Of a stretch of 64,000 nt of DNA, positions 12,500-24,299 are shown in pieces. Made by a program: the position numbers and the translations under genes. Numbering within the stretch: position 1 is the stretch's first letter; each line of letters starts with the position of its first letter. The notes below the pieces were generated by a model. The model was not told the DNA's origin. It did not search any database and worked only from the letters and a program-made list of their open reading frames with translations. The stretch is from Lama glama. Taxonomy: Eukaryota. Where the stretch lies: positions 95,916,001 through 95,980,000 of the forward strand of contig CM052816.1 of NCBI GenBank assembly GCA_028534125.1, written 5' to 3'.

Positions 12500-13545
12500 C
12501 TTTTCTCATGGCGGTGGTCAGCTGACCTGCCTGGGTCACCTGGCTTCATTCACTGAAGACTGCTCTTGGTGATGTCAGCATCTACATTGATCCCACATCT
12601 AAGACCTTCTGGTTCAGAACCCATCTGTCTTCCCCACCATCAACAACCACTACCTTCACCTCCACCCCATCACCATGGACACACCCTGGTGCACTGACCC
12701 TCTACAACCTCCCGCTCCCCCATAATAACCCCTCTGCTTCCCTCTCAACGGGATCCCTTGCAGTGATTCCTTGACCTCATCTTGTCCTCTAGTCCACTGA
12801 CACCAGTGTCATTCCTGTCCCCACGTCCTCCTTGCACAGCCATCCATAAAGTCATCTCCTTGTGAGCATCTTCAGTTTTCCTGCTTTGCTCTTTTTCCAT
12901 TGCTTGGAGAAACCATCTCCTGGTTGGACTCAACGCATCGGCCTCCTCACGTGACTGAGCTGCTGAACTTTGCTGGAGAAAATCTCACTGGCATGTGGAT
13001 GGGGTTCATTTCAGGATGACGACCACAAACTTCAGCTGGCCGCTCAGTGCAGCGTGGAGAGTCCAGGCAGTCTGCATTCCTGATTTCTAAGACGTCTACT
13101 TCATATCTCTTCTTCTCTGAACCTCCTGCCCTCTACCTACTCCCCACCGGACCTGACATCGTACTTCATTAGGAAAACCAAAGGCCCTCAGCTGTAGCAG
13201 TGAAACCGCCACCCCTGCCTGGGCCTGGTCCCTCCCTGTCCTCTCTCCTCTGACAAGGCTAAGACAAATTCCAACTCTCTCCAAACAAACTCTATTGTCC
13301 CTTTTCTTCCCAAGGGCTCTGTCCCTGGGGCTGTCCTGCTTCCTCTACTACATAGTCAGTTTCTCTCTGTCTATGAAAGAATTTTAATCAATGTACACAT
13401 GATTCGAGTGACCCACTTTGAAAAATAGCCCTCTGTGCACACATCTCTCCAGCTGCTACCAGTCTTTTTGTTCCTCTTCAGGACAAAACCGCTCTAATGA
13501 GCTTTCTTTGCCTACTGCCTGTACTTCCTTACTTCCCATTAACCT
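12500..13545 (+). mobile_element. L2 internal fragment (upstream half of an interrupted L2)
   Basis: C/T-rich, with motifs ccaccatggacacaccctgg and gagctgctgaactttgctggagaaaatctcac. Confidence 0.6.
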
Positions 13546-16500
13546 TCTTTATTGAATTATGAACTCTTGTAAGCAGACAGAAGAGGATAATAATCTAACA
13601 AACACCCACCAAACCAGCTTTGCCCAATCTTAACGTTTCTCAATATTTGCTTCATATTTTATTATTTTAAACGGAAAACAGAATCACAGGTAAAGTTGGT
13701 GTCCTTTGTTTATCTTTCCACAATCTCCCTGCTCCCCACCCTCCCCAGACGGGAATTTAGGGCTTATCATTTCTGTGCTATTTGCCTACTGTGTAAATGT
13801 CCATACATTATACAGATAGGATTTTTGGTTTTAAAACTTTATTGGCAGTATGCTACACGTCCTCTGCAGCTTTGCCAACTGGGCTGTGTGTGATGTAAAT
13901 TCTCAACTTTGTAACAGTGGCCAAAATGCCTTCCCAAGTGATTGTACCAATTTACACCTCTAAAGTTCCCCTTGCCAACATCTGATAACAGTTGGTACTG
14001 CTAGACTTTTCCATTATTGCCAGTCTGATTGGTTTGACATGGTGCCATCTTGCTTTAAATTTCCATGATTATTAGGAAGGTTGTATTCTAGTCTTATGTT
14101 TATTTGCCATTGAGCTTCCTGTTTCATTTGCACATTTTTCTACTGCTTCCTCCCTCTCCAGTGGATTGGTAGGAGTTGGAAAATATATTCTGCCTACTAT
14201 CTTTTGTCATTTGTATGCACTGAACATTCTCCCAGGCTATGGCTCGCTTTAAGTTGTATTTTGCCATATGAAAGTTCTAAATTTTAATGTTGTTTGCTGT
14301 ATTGATTTTTTTTCTTTTTCTTTTTCGGCAGTCTTTGTATCTCATTTTGATACAACTGTTCTCTTACCCAGAGGTCATATAGGTAGATGCTTATATGTTT
14401 TCTTAAATGGTTTAATGTTTTGTTTTTCACTTTGGTTTTAATCTGCTTTGAAGTTATTTCTATGAATGGCTTGAAGGAAGTATCTAATTCAGTGTTTTTA
14501 GATCAGGATAGTCAATTGTCTTAGACCCATTTGAGTCCCATGTCTCCCCCAATGAGTCCCTTTGTCACATGGCAAAAATGGCGTACGTGGGGAATCCATG
14601 TACGGGCGCTCTGTTCTACTGTTCTCTTTGTCTACCCTGTGCCAGTATCTCAGTGTCAAAACTGCTCCAGCTTTATGAACAGTATTGATGTCTTATGACT
14701 GCAACCCACCATGTTCATTTTTACAGAAATTCCTTAACCACTCTTAAATGTGGGCTCTTGCCTTGCTCATATATTTTAGGATCTACTTAAGGTCCATATA
14801 GACAGTTGAGATCCTGATTTGATCCACATTGTATTTAAGGATGAATTTGGGGAGCATGAACATTTCTAAATGAGTATGTCACATAAGATACTGCACACTG
14901 CATCATTCCACACAAAGCTGTGAGGTAGGACTCATTTAAGTCTTCTTTAGAACCTTTAAATTTAGTTTCCTAAGTTTTCCACTAAAGTTCAACAAATCTT
15001 TTGCCAATGTTATTCTTAGGTAACAAATCACTTTTTTTTTGGTTAATGTTATCTTTTCTGAATTATATTTTCTCATATTTGCTGCTGGTTTATGGGAACA
15101 CAATTGATTTGTGTGTTGAGATTCTACCTAGCAAACTTGCAGAACTTTTCTCTTTATTCTAATTAGTTATTTGTAGATGTTCTTAAGTGGTTTTACTGGA
15201 GACACTTATTTGGTCTGCAGTTTAAAGTTTGTTCCTTTCTTTTCAATCATTGTTTCTGTGTTGAATGCAAGTGTTGATATGTGTGTAATTGTCTTAATCT
15301 TCTCTTTCAAGCAAAGTAAGTATCTCCAACTTTTCACAATTAAATGTCAAGTTTTTGTTGATTTTTTTTTTGTAGATAGTCTACTGGATTAGGTAAATTG
15401 TCTTCTATTACTCGTCTAATAGCTAAGAGGTTTTTTAAATGATAAATACATGTTGAATTTTAACAAAGTGCATTATGTAGTTATTAAAATGATCATACAG
15501 TTTTTCTTATTTATTCTGTTGATGAGCTAATTTATATTGGTATATTTTCTAATGATAAAACATCCTTGAATTTTGGGGAGTTTTGGCCTATGACTTTTCT
15601 ATTCACTGGAATAACTTTCATAAAATAGAAATTGTGCCTTGAATATTTGAGAATCTTCCTAGAAAACCATGCAGACCTGTTTGCTCATGTTGAAGGGTTT
15701 ACTGACTTAGTTTCTTTACTAGTTATAAGTGTTTTTAGATTTTTCATTTCTCCTTTAGTTTTCTGAAGCTAAATTTTTCTAGTGAGTTATGTATCTGGTC
15801 AGAGATGTGTCTATTTCTTTTTTATTAATATTTTATGATTTTTTAATAACAGCTTTGGTTTGTTCATTCTCCCTATTGTATCTTTATGGCCTATTTCATT
15901 AATATGCAATATTAACTACGTTATTTCCCTTGCTCTGTTCTCTTCTGGGTTTTTGAGATGGACATGTAGATTGTTAATTTCAGTCTTAGAGTTCTCATCA
16001 CAAAAAATTTTTTTTCTATTTCTTTTATTTTGTAACTATGTGAGATGAATGTTCACTAAACTTGTGACAATCTTTTTATGATGTATGTAAGTCAAATGAT
16101 TACACTGTACACCTTAAACTTATATAAACTTAAACTTTTATCTCAGTAAAGCTGGAAGCAAATGTCACTGCTTCTTTCCTAATATAAATATTTAAGGCTA
16201 AATTTCTCTGCATATATGACTTGAGCTATATCACATAAATTTTATATATTCTATTTTTATATTACATATGAATTTTTCTGACTTCTATTGTGTCTCCTTT
16301 GTCACATGTGTTATTAGAAATGTGGCTAACAATCAACAAATGTGAAGTTTTCTAAATTATTTTTAAAATTATTAATTTATAACCTAATTGCATGGTACTA
16401 ACTATTCGGAGTTCATCGAGGCTTGCTTTGTGGCCCCAGACTTGCTTAAGATTTGTAGATGTTGCATGAGAATTTGATGCATCCATTAGAATAACCTTGT

Positions 16501-17080
16501 TAATCGTTTTTCTCAGGATATCTGAATTCATACTATTTTTTCCCTGTGAATCTATCAATTAGTGAGAGAAATGTGTGAGATCAATGGCTGGATTTGCCAG
16601 TTTTCCTCACAATTCTGTAGATTTTTATTTGTTACATTTTGAAACTTCTTTGTTAGTTGTATACATATTTGCATTTCCTAATGGACTGAATCTTTTTCAG
16701 ATAGTGAATATTTTTACTGAAAAAGTTTAATCTAAAAATCTGTGTTTCTGAGGTTAGTATTTGTAGACTAGCTTTATTCTGACTTATATCTGCCTGGTAT
16801 GTTTTTTCCCTTTGTGTTATTGTGCTGTCTGATATCACTGGATTTTATATATTTACTTAATTTCTAGTTCTTTCTCTGTCTGCAGCTTCTTTCCATTTGT
16901 CTTCTTTCCCCTTCCAGCCTTCTACTGGACTAAGCACGTTGTCTTTATTTCATCTTTTTTCCTCTCTACTGTTTTAGAAGATTGTACCCATAGCTATTCT
17001 TTTGCAATTACTATTAACTATCCTTGATATTTTAATGAGTGTGTATAAGTTAACTTCTAAAGTTAAACATTTCTGGTCTC
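13546..17080 (-). mobile_element. Ancient L1 (L1ME-like), ~3.5 kb
   Basis: Long T-rich tract with reverse L1 motifs: ccaaaatgccttcccaagtgattgtaccaatttacac, gatagtcaattgtc, aacacaattgatttgtgtgttga. Confidence 0.75.
16003..16162 (+). mobile_element. Short L1 3' terminus nested in the opposite orientation inside the old L1
   Basis: tgtaactatgtgagatgaatgtt...ctgtacaccttaaactta...tatctcagtaaagctggaag is an L1M-type 3' end. Confidence 0.65.
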
Positions 17081-17089
17081 CCCTGGAAT

Positions 17090-17420
17090 CTTACTCTCTT
17101 ACCCTATTTTCTCGTTGGTCACAACTCACCTTCCAACGTTGGCTCAAATGCTGCCTTTCCAATGATGCCTGTTCTGACTCCCCAGACTAAGCCAAACACC
17201 CCTAAACTTGTCTTTCCTAGCTTCTAGCAGAGCTTTCTCTGACATGCTTGTGAGATCAGTCATTGACCCCTACCTTTCCCGACAGGCTGTCATTCCCGAA
17301 AAGGCAGGCATTGGCTATGCTGCTCTCTGTTCTACTGTTAACGGTGTAGTGAGTGCCCGGCACACGTGGGGCAAAAAACTGTGCTGAAGGCAGGAAAGCA
17401 GAGTGGGAGGGAGGGAGGGA
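17090..17420 (+). mobile_element. L2 3' end (resumes after the L1)
   Basis: ggctcaaatgctgcctttccaatgatgcctgttctgac...gtgcccggcacacgtggggc. Confidence 0.65.
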
Positions 17421-17496
17421 GAGAAGGAGATGCACAGCTGGTAATATTGAGACATGAACCTGCAGCGATGCTGGTTCTGGAAGCATCTTATAGCCT

Positions 17497-17930
17497 TGTC
17501 AGTTAGGAATCACATTCGTCTGCTAAAACCAGAACAGAAACCGTGATGGATAAAACAAAAGGGAAGGTTCTTACTTTTTCATGTTATGAAATCTGGAGGT
17601 AGCACTCCCGGGCTGATAAGGAGGCTCCACAAGGTTGAGGCTTTTCTTTTTTTTTCCTTTCTTTCTTTTTTTTTCTTCAGCTCTGCTATCCTTAGCTCAT
17701 GGCTTATATCCCAAAGTTACTTTCCAAGTCCAAGATGGTGACTGGAATTTCAACTATCACCATCAGGTTTCAGGCAGGAATTTGGAAGTGGGAGGGAAGG
17801 GCTGGAAAGACCATGCCAGGTAGTTGTTGCCCCTTTTCATGAAACCTCTCCTGGAATCCTGTGGACTTACATCTTATTCGTCATGGCTAAATTCCATGGT
17901 CAAACCTGGGTGCGAGAAAAAAATTCTCTT
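17497..17930 (-). mobile_element. Old MaLR LTR (MLT1K/L-like)
   Basis: tgtcagttagga...aaatctggaggtag...ctctgctatccttagc...caagatgg. Confidence 0.55.
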
Positions 17931-18235
17931 TCAAAGCCAGGCAGATTGCAATTTAAATACAATCAGGAGGTCTGTGTTATTAAGGATGGGGGTGGGGGGT
18001 TGCTGTTTGCAGATGATGACTGGGATGTAGTGATACAGACCCGGGGGTGACAGGGGGACCAGTAAGAGGAGGCATTGGCATTTTGGGTGAGAGAAGTTGA
18101 CATTCTGAATTAAGGGGACAACTATGAGACTGGAAAGGAGGGTCTGAAATGAGATTTGGCAGATGGGTGACAGCAGCCTTGACAGCTCATCTTCCAGCTG
18201 ATTTGCTTCAGGAGACACTTTGCCTATTGGTTTAA

Positions 18236-18280
18236 TTTCACTTAGAAGATATTCTTTTCACTTAGAAGATATTCTTTTCA
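18236..18280. repeat. Perfect 20-bp tandem duplication (cttagaagatattcttttca x2.25)
   Basis: Seen directly. Confidence 0.95.
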
Positions 18281-20504
18281 TTGAACTCAAGGTCATTATG
18301 TGTTAATCTCCCTGGTAAATGATGGAAAACACTAAGACAGACTAATCTGTGTTTCTAAATCCATGTAGGATCAGCATTATTTTTGAAAGTATATTTCTAA
18401 ACATATTTATTTTCCCCCAAAGCTCTATTTCCAAAGACAGAAGAACATAGAGGACAATAATAAGTATTAAACATATTTTTTTTAAAGTACATCTATTCTT
18501 TGCTTATAGATACTCAAGGTATACACAGCGCTCAAAGTCAGAAAATTACTCTCAGGAAACCATACAAATGCTTTATCTCCATGCTGCAAGTCATTTGCAT
18601 TTCCTCTAGAAATTCCAAAAATCTTCTACACTTGGCATTTTTTTCTTCTCCCCATACCACACTTAAAAAGAGATGACTTGAGGTATTTTGAGCATATTAT
18701 TTTATTTTAAGGAAACTGGGTTGCTAGAAAAATATATCTAGAAATTTAACCATAAACACAAGGAAAAAATACACTCAGATTTCTAGACTACTTTGACCTT
18801 CTGGATACATAGCTGAAGTAAAATAACAATGTCTTTTATTAATAGGCCCTTCCTAAAAGTGAGGTTAATTACGCAACTTTTCTAAGTCAAAAATAAGTCA
18901 GCATTTCTTGTTGAATATATGCTCTGGCTGTTGCATCCTTGAGTTTGCGCTGTGGTTCCTAGTGGGTGGATTTTAAGCAGGCTGCTCCCTTCAACGTGGC
19001 TGTGAGGTCTGGGAAGGGGGCTTTTACTTGTGGAGTGAGCTCAGGAGAGCTCATAGGTGAGCAGATCTGACCCGGGGGCCAGGGCCAAGTCACTCTGTGC
19101 CATCCTGCACAGAACAACCAGCAGTGGCAGAGCGTGTTCCCCTGACCAGACCCGGGAAGCCAGAAGCGGGCCCTGGATGGACTCAGGTGGAAACTCAGAC
19201 TTTGGAGAAGGGGACAAGATGGAGTGTCCCATGCACCGACTGGCAGGCTACTGGTGTCCTTGTGGTTGACCTGGTCCTTCCATTTAAGTTCCAGGAACCT
19301 GCGCTTTGTCCCATGCTCATTAATGCTCATTCTCAGATGTGCCGTACTATTTTCTTTCTATTCTGTCCTAGTTTCTGGGCTGCTCTTTTGGAACAAACCT
19401 GGTCTGCTTACCTCTGCCAGGACAGTAGGCTGCTGCACTAAAAGTGGGGTGAGCATTTCCTGGGCAAAAAAAAAAAAAAAAAAAACCCTAAAGAGTTTCT
19501 GGTGGGGCTCAAGGGATGCAGGGAAGAGCTGATGAGTCCCTGAACTCAGCCCTCTTGGTGATTCTTCATCTGTCCTAACCTTGGGGAGCAGCACAGTGTC
19601 ACCTGTAACCATAACCATGGGTCTTCCAAAGACTTAAAATACATGAACAAGAAATAGGACTAGGCAATTTGAGTGGGGCATAAAATGACATATCTTTTTA
19701 CCTGTGTCTGGCCATGTTAAGAAAACAACTGATGGGGTCGATCAGATGATCTAGCACTTTTTGTGAATTCTTGGATGCCATGAATATAAAAGAAGAAAAA
19801 CAGGACTGACAAGAGAATACTTGCGGATGAAGACTGTAATGTGCCCCGGCTCTCTGGTAGGAAAATCCAGTTAAGATGTAAACATCCAGAACCACGCTTT
19901 CCGGGCTGAGGTTTTTCAGGATACTAATACAAGCTCGTTGCATCCTAAGGCTCACACACAGCGAGGGTTCCTTTTAAGGTCACTTGTGAGCCACAGCAGC
20001 ATCGGGATCTCTTCTGGGAGCATCCAGCATCCAGCAGCCCCCTCCCTGCTACTCTCCTCTGAGGGGGCAGTTTAACCATGTGGCTAAAATTCAAGCACAA
20101 AGGAGGGAAGTAAAGACAAGACAAAATCAGTTACTTATTTTGGAGACATAAGAGATCCTTCGCATTTCAGTACAGAAGTTGAGGTGAATCAGGAAATGGA
20201 TGGCGTTTTTCAAATCACATGAATCAGCGCCCCAGGATTCATCATTTTCACCAAATGTTTGGTCAGTTTTCTCAGTCTTTTATGTGATCTGCACGGCTAA
20301 CCTAATACAGCATAGATTTAATACAGTTATGATTTTATTTTTAAAAGAAGAGAACCAGACAGTTTGGTTTTGAAATGATCACCTCTAGTTTTGAATGTGA
20401 TGAGAAGTGACAATGTCAGGAGTTCTTCAGGGAGCAAAGACTTTTCAAAGGAAAAAACCCCAGAAATTTCATTTGGAAAAAGAAAATACCTGTGGATTCT
20501 ATGT

Positions 20505-20725
20505 TAATAAGTTGAGTTGTCGAGAGCCTACTTTCGTGCTGGGCCCTGGGTGAGCAGTTCACTTAACACCACCTTCTTTTTCCTTTAATGCTGACAAAGG
20601 ACACATGTGCCAGCAGGTTTATTTAAGCTCCCGGGGAAGAGACTACAGCTCAGAAAAGTTCAGGAACTTTCTCCAGGTCACAAGGCAAAATCATGACAGT
20701 TTGAATTTCACTTCAAACTAAGGAT
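20505..20725 (-). mobile_element. MIR
   Basis: gagcctactttcgtgctgggccctggg...gctcagaaaagttcaggaactttctccaggtcaca. Confidence 0.65.
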
Positions 20726-22816
20726 GCACCCTAAATGATCATTTGATTTCTCCTACTCTTTCTTATTATTAATTAGTAAGTCATTATCACTAAAAATACA
20801 TATTTTAAAAATGCTTCAGTGGAGTCTCTAAACTGCCTGTAAAATTGACTCCCTCCCAACCCTGCAACATGCATGCAAAGTTACATAACTTACTGAGTTA
20901 AATGTCATGTTATCAGCCCTCCTGGGTTATGGCGTAGAAAGCTATTTTCTTCCCACTGCTTAGCTCTCTACACGCCGAGGATTTTTCTGCAAGTGCACAT
21001 GCCTTTAACTGGAGTGTCAAGGGGTAAGCTCAAGGAGCCAGACACATTTGGGTCCTAATTTTCATCTGCCTTTGCCCTGGTGGCTGGAGGCTCCACAGGT
21101 CTACCCACTCATCCAAGAACTGCAAGGTCAAGTGTAAGGCAGTGTCCTCCCCCCTCCCCTCCCCAGGAGCAGCCCCACTAGACCTTGGCTGAGACCAGCT
21201 AGAGCTTCTTCCTCCCAGGAGGAGCGCTGGCTTCTGGGCCTCTCTGCCACGTAGGCAGTAGACCTGGAACGTCAGGAACGGAGCTAGTGCTCCACGTGCC
21301 AAGCACAGAGGAGAAGTGTTAAGCTTTTCATTAAGGCCCCAGGAGCCAGGCGGCTGCCAGGCACCAGGCGGAGTGCCCCCAGCACAACCCAGGGAAGAAT
21401 GCCGCTCAGGGGCCCGCCCAGCCACAGACATTTCCTGCGGACGTCTTAAAGGAAATCCGAGTGAGGCCTTGAGTACCCACAGCAGCTCCATCACCGGTGT
21501 TACAGAGAAACTGGAGACCTGAGGCTGGGCTGAGCTTCCATGGAAACCTGCAGAACTGCTTTCCTTTAATTCTTTCATTAAAAAAATACTTCCAGAAAAT
21601 AAAGACACATCCATTTCAATTTGTATTGTCCTTTTCTTGGATGTGCCTGGCTACTGCAGGAGCCATGACACCTCGCAGCCAGTGATGGAGTCTCTGCTTC
21701 AGAGATGAGCTGATGGCACAGTTATGGGCACACTGGGCCATTCCCAGCACCACCAATCCCAAGAACCCAGCGCTGGCTCTGGGGCGATTATGTGACAGTG
21801 GGCCATAAGGGTTCTGTATGTCACTGCAGTAAGATGGCAGTGGTAGGGGCGTTCATGAGTTTCCTAATGCAAGGGAAACTTGAAAGCCATCCTCTGAGGC
21901 CAAGATGGAGAAAAAGGGCCCCAGAGAGGCTGTCCTCCACCCCCATCCAGAAGGAAAAGGTCAAGCGCGGCCCTTCAAGGTTCCATATGGAAGTTTTGCA
22001 ACAAAGTATCAAATTCTAGGAGTCTTGAAAAGTACTTTGCTTTCCAATTACAAATCATTTCCCCTGAGTACTTGCTCGATAAAGTTGAAAGACACAACAA
22101 AAGTGCAACAAGTAACATTTGCCCTGTAATCGGAGTTGACTTTGTCCGTCTGGGGGCTCCTCTCTCAACGCTCAGCGTGGCTACTTGAGGACCCCCTGAC
22201 CTGCCTCCCAGTTAAATTTCTCTAATTTAACTCTGCTGAAATTGACCCGATCTAGCCTGGAGGTGCACCCCCAAATTGCTCCTCTAAGAACCCGCAGCAG
22301 CTTCCTCGGTCTTTGAGAAGTTTCCAGCTCAGAGCACGTAAGAGGATGTCACTCAAAAAGAACAAAATCACAAACTTGGAATCGGGAGGACCCGGCGGTC
22401 CCTGCCCACCCCCACCACACGACCGGATTCCGCCGGAGGACGCGCACGTACCTGGAGTCGAGGCCAGCAGAGTGGACGCGCCACGTCTCGGGTCTCGGCC
22501 CGCGCTGCCTCCCGCCCTTTATACCGCACCCCCTGGCCCCCCCCAGCAGCCACGTCTGAGCGGCGGGACTGGGGGCGGGGAGCCACGGAAGGTCTCTGCG
22601 AGGCTAGGGGAAGGGAGTCCCCGAAAGTCCAGGCTCGTGCTCACTCGCACTGAAGAGGAAGGAGCGGGGCTCCTGGAGTCCAGGGGGCCCCCCCGGGAGC
22701 GGAGGGGGGTCTGGTCCGGGGAAGGGGCGGTGTCGGGGGAGGGGCCCAGGGAGGTCAGGCGCGGGGTGGGGCGCTCGGGTTTCACCCGGGCCGGGAAGGG
22801 GAGGAGGCGGTGCGGC

Positions 22817-22860
22817 GGCGGGGGCGGGGCCGGGGCGGGGCGGGGGCGGGGCGAGGCGGC
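22817..22860 (+). promoter_or_regulatory. Tandem GC boxes (Sp/KLF), G-quadruplex-capable
   Basis: ggcgggggcggggccggggcggggcgggggcggggcgagg contains several GGGCGG motifs. Confidence 0.85.
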
Positions 22861-22869
22861 TTCGCGCTC

Positions 22870-23348
22870 CCCGCCTGTGCTCCCCGCGCCGCTCTACTCG
22901 CCGGGAAGGCGGCGCCGGCGGCGGCTGCTCTCGCTTCGCCTGCTCCCGCGCGCTGTGCTCCTGCCGCGCGTGGGCTTCGCAGCCCCCGGCCGCCTGCGCC
23001 CCTGCCCGGCAGTGGCCCTTACCCTCCACCTCTTCTCCACAGCGGCGGCCCCGCCCTTGTGGCCCATCCCCGCGGCTTCAGCACCCAACTTTGCCTCCTC
23101 ACCCTTCGCCCCCGCTGGGCGCGAACCTGCTCACCACCCGTCCGGCCGTGCGCCCGGGGACAGTGCGTCTGGCGCGCAAGCCGGCGCCGCCAGCACGGAG
23201 CACAGCGAGTTGGGGGTGACTCTGGGGAAGTGGCGGGGGTCGGCAGCCGCTGCCTCGACTTCCCTCTCCGCGCGCTGAAGAAGAGCCTCAGAGCTGCTCC
23301 GGGCCCCAGGCGCTGGATGACTGGCACGGGGAGCGCTCCGCGCACCTG
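22870..23348 (+). other. Probable first exon (mostly or wholly 5' UTR) of an unidentified gene with a long first intron; TSS approximate
   Basis: Immediately downstream of the GC boxes and ends at donor CTG|GTGAGC (GT at 23349). No convincing downstream coding exon in the next 40 kb. Confidence 0.6.
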
Positions 23349-24285
23349 GTGAGCGACCCCCTGTCCCGATCCTGCGCGGCGGTGGCCACAGCCCCGACCG
23401 AACCGCGTTGGGGCCAGGACCTGGGGGTGGCAGTGGTCGGCGGGTGGGTCTGTGGATCTCGGGCAGGATCTTTTTGCAGGCACTGGGCAGGGGGTTGCAC
23501 GTACAGGATTAGGACTACCATCAGTGCGGGGGCTTGTAAGCGGGCTGGAAGTTTGTGTCTGCCTTTAACGACGGCGAGCGTGCAGAGATAAGGAGCAGAA
23601 GCAACCCGGTGGGCGACCCGGTGGTGGGAGAGAGGGGACCCCTACCCGACATCTCCGGAAGGTGAGCAGTGGAGGTCTGTGCACGCACCCGGCGCGTGTC
23701 TCGGCTCCTATTGTCGGGAGCGAATGGCAGGGGTCCCGGTGGCCGGGACTTAGCAGCCCTTTTGCCGCTGCCGGGGTCAGGGTTCTCCTGGTCCAGTTAC
23801 AGGGGCTTTGCGGCGCCCGCGAGAGACGTGGAGGCAGTGGGACTTAGGCTCAACTCCGCCAAGCCCTTTGATTAATGAGGGAGACTGAGGCTGGCGGCCA
23901 CCCTTAACGCCGCGGCTGGGGATGTGTAGGCCTGGGGAACCAATTGCCCGGTGGGCTGCAGCCAGGCCAATTGCCTTCTGCGGGCATCTCTCCGCCGCTC
24001 CAGGATTTCGCATCCTCTGGCTCAAGGTTTCGGAGCCAGAGGTAGATCTGGGCCCTGGCGGGTACTGATCCGCCCAAGATGTGCGGGGAAAACGCTGCCG
24101 AGTAGGAGTCTCCCCGGGATGGCTCCCCGCAGCGCCCAGTGCCTGGCCGGCGCAGTCAGATCCTGATTCCCCGGGCTTTGGCGGGAAGCGTGTTCACCTC
24201 CTCGCCCTTTCCTTGCTTTGTACCTGGTTGCGGCTGTTTGGAGTTGAGATTTAACTTTCTTGCGCTTGCGGCGTCCCGGGGATCC

Positions 24286-24299
24286 CCGGCAGGGGGCGC
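24286..24299 (+). promoter_or_regulatory. Candidate CTCF site
   Basis: CCGGCAGGGGGCGC is close to the core consensus CCASYAGRKGGCRS and lies at the island's 3' edge. Confidence 0.55.

Noticed and set aside
19466..19485. Isolated A20 run as a processed-pseudogene tail
   Set aside because: No recognisable mRNA, ORF or TSD upstream.
22870..23348. Assigning a gene symbol to the promoter
   Set aside because: No coding exon was recognised, so any name would be a guess. A BLAST of this exon against RefSeq would settle it.
22313..23483. Long overlapping ORFs (321, 180, 154 and 141 aa) in the CpG island
   Set aside because: Low-complexity G/P/R/A translations on both strands, mostly from non-ATG starts. 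Stop codons are simply rare at this GC content.
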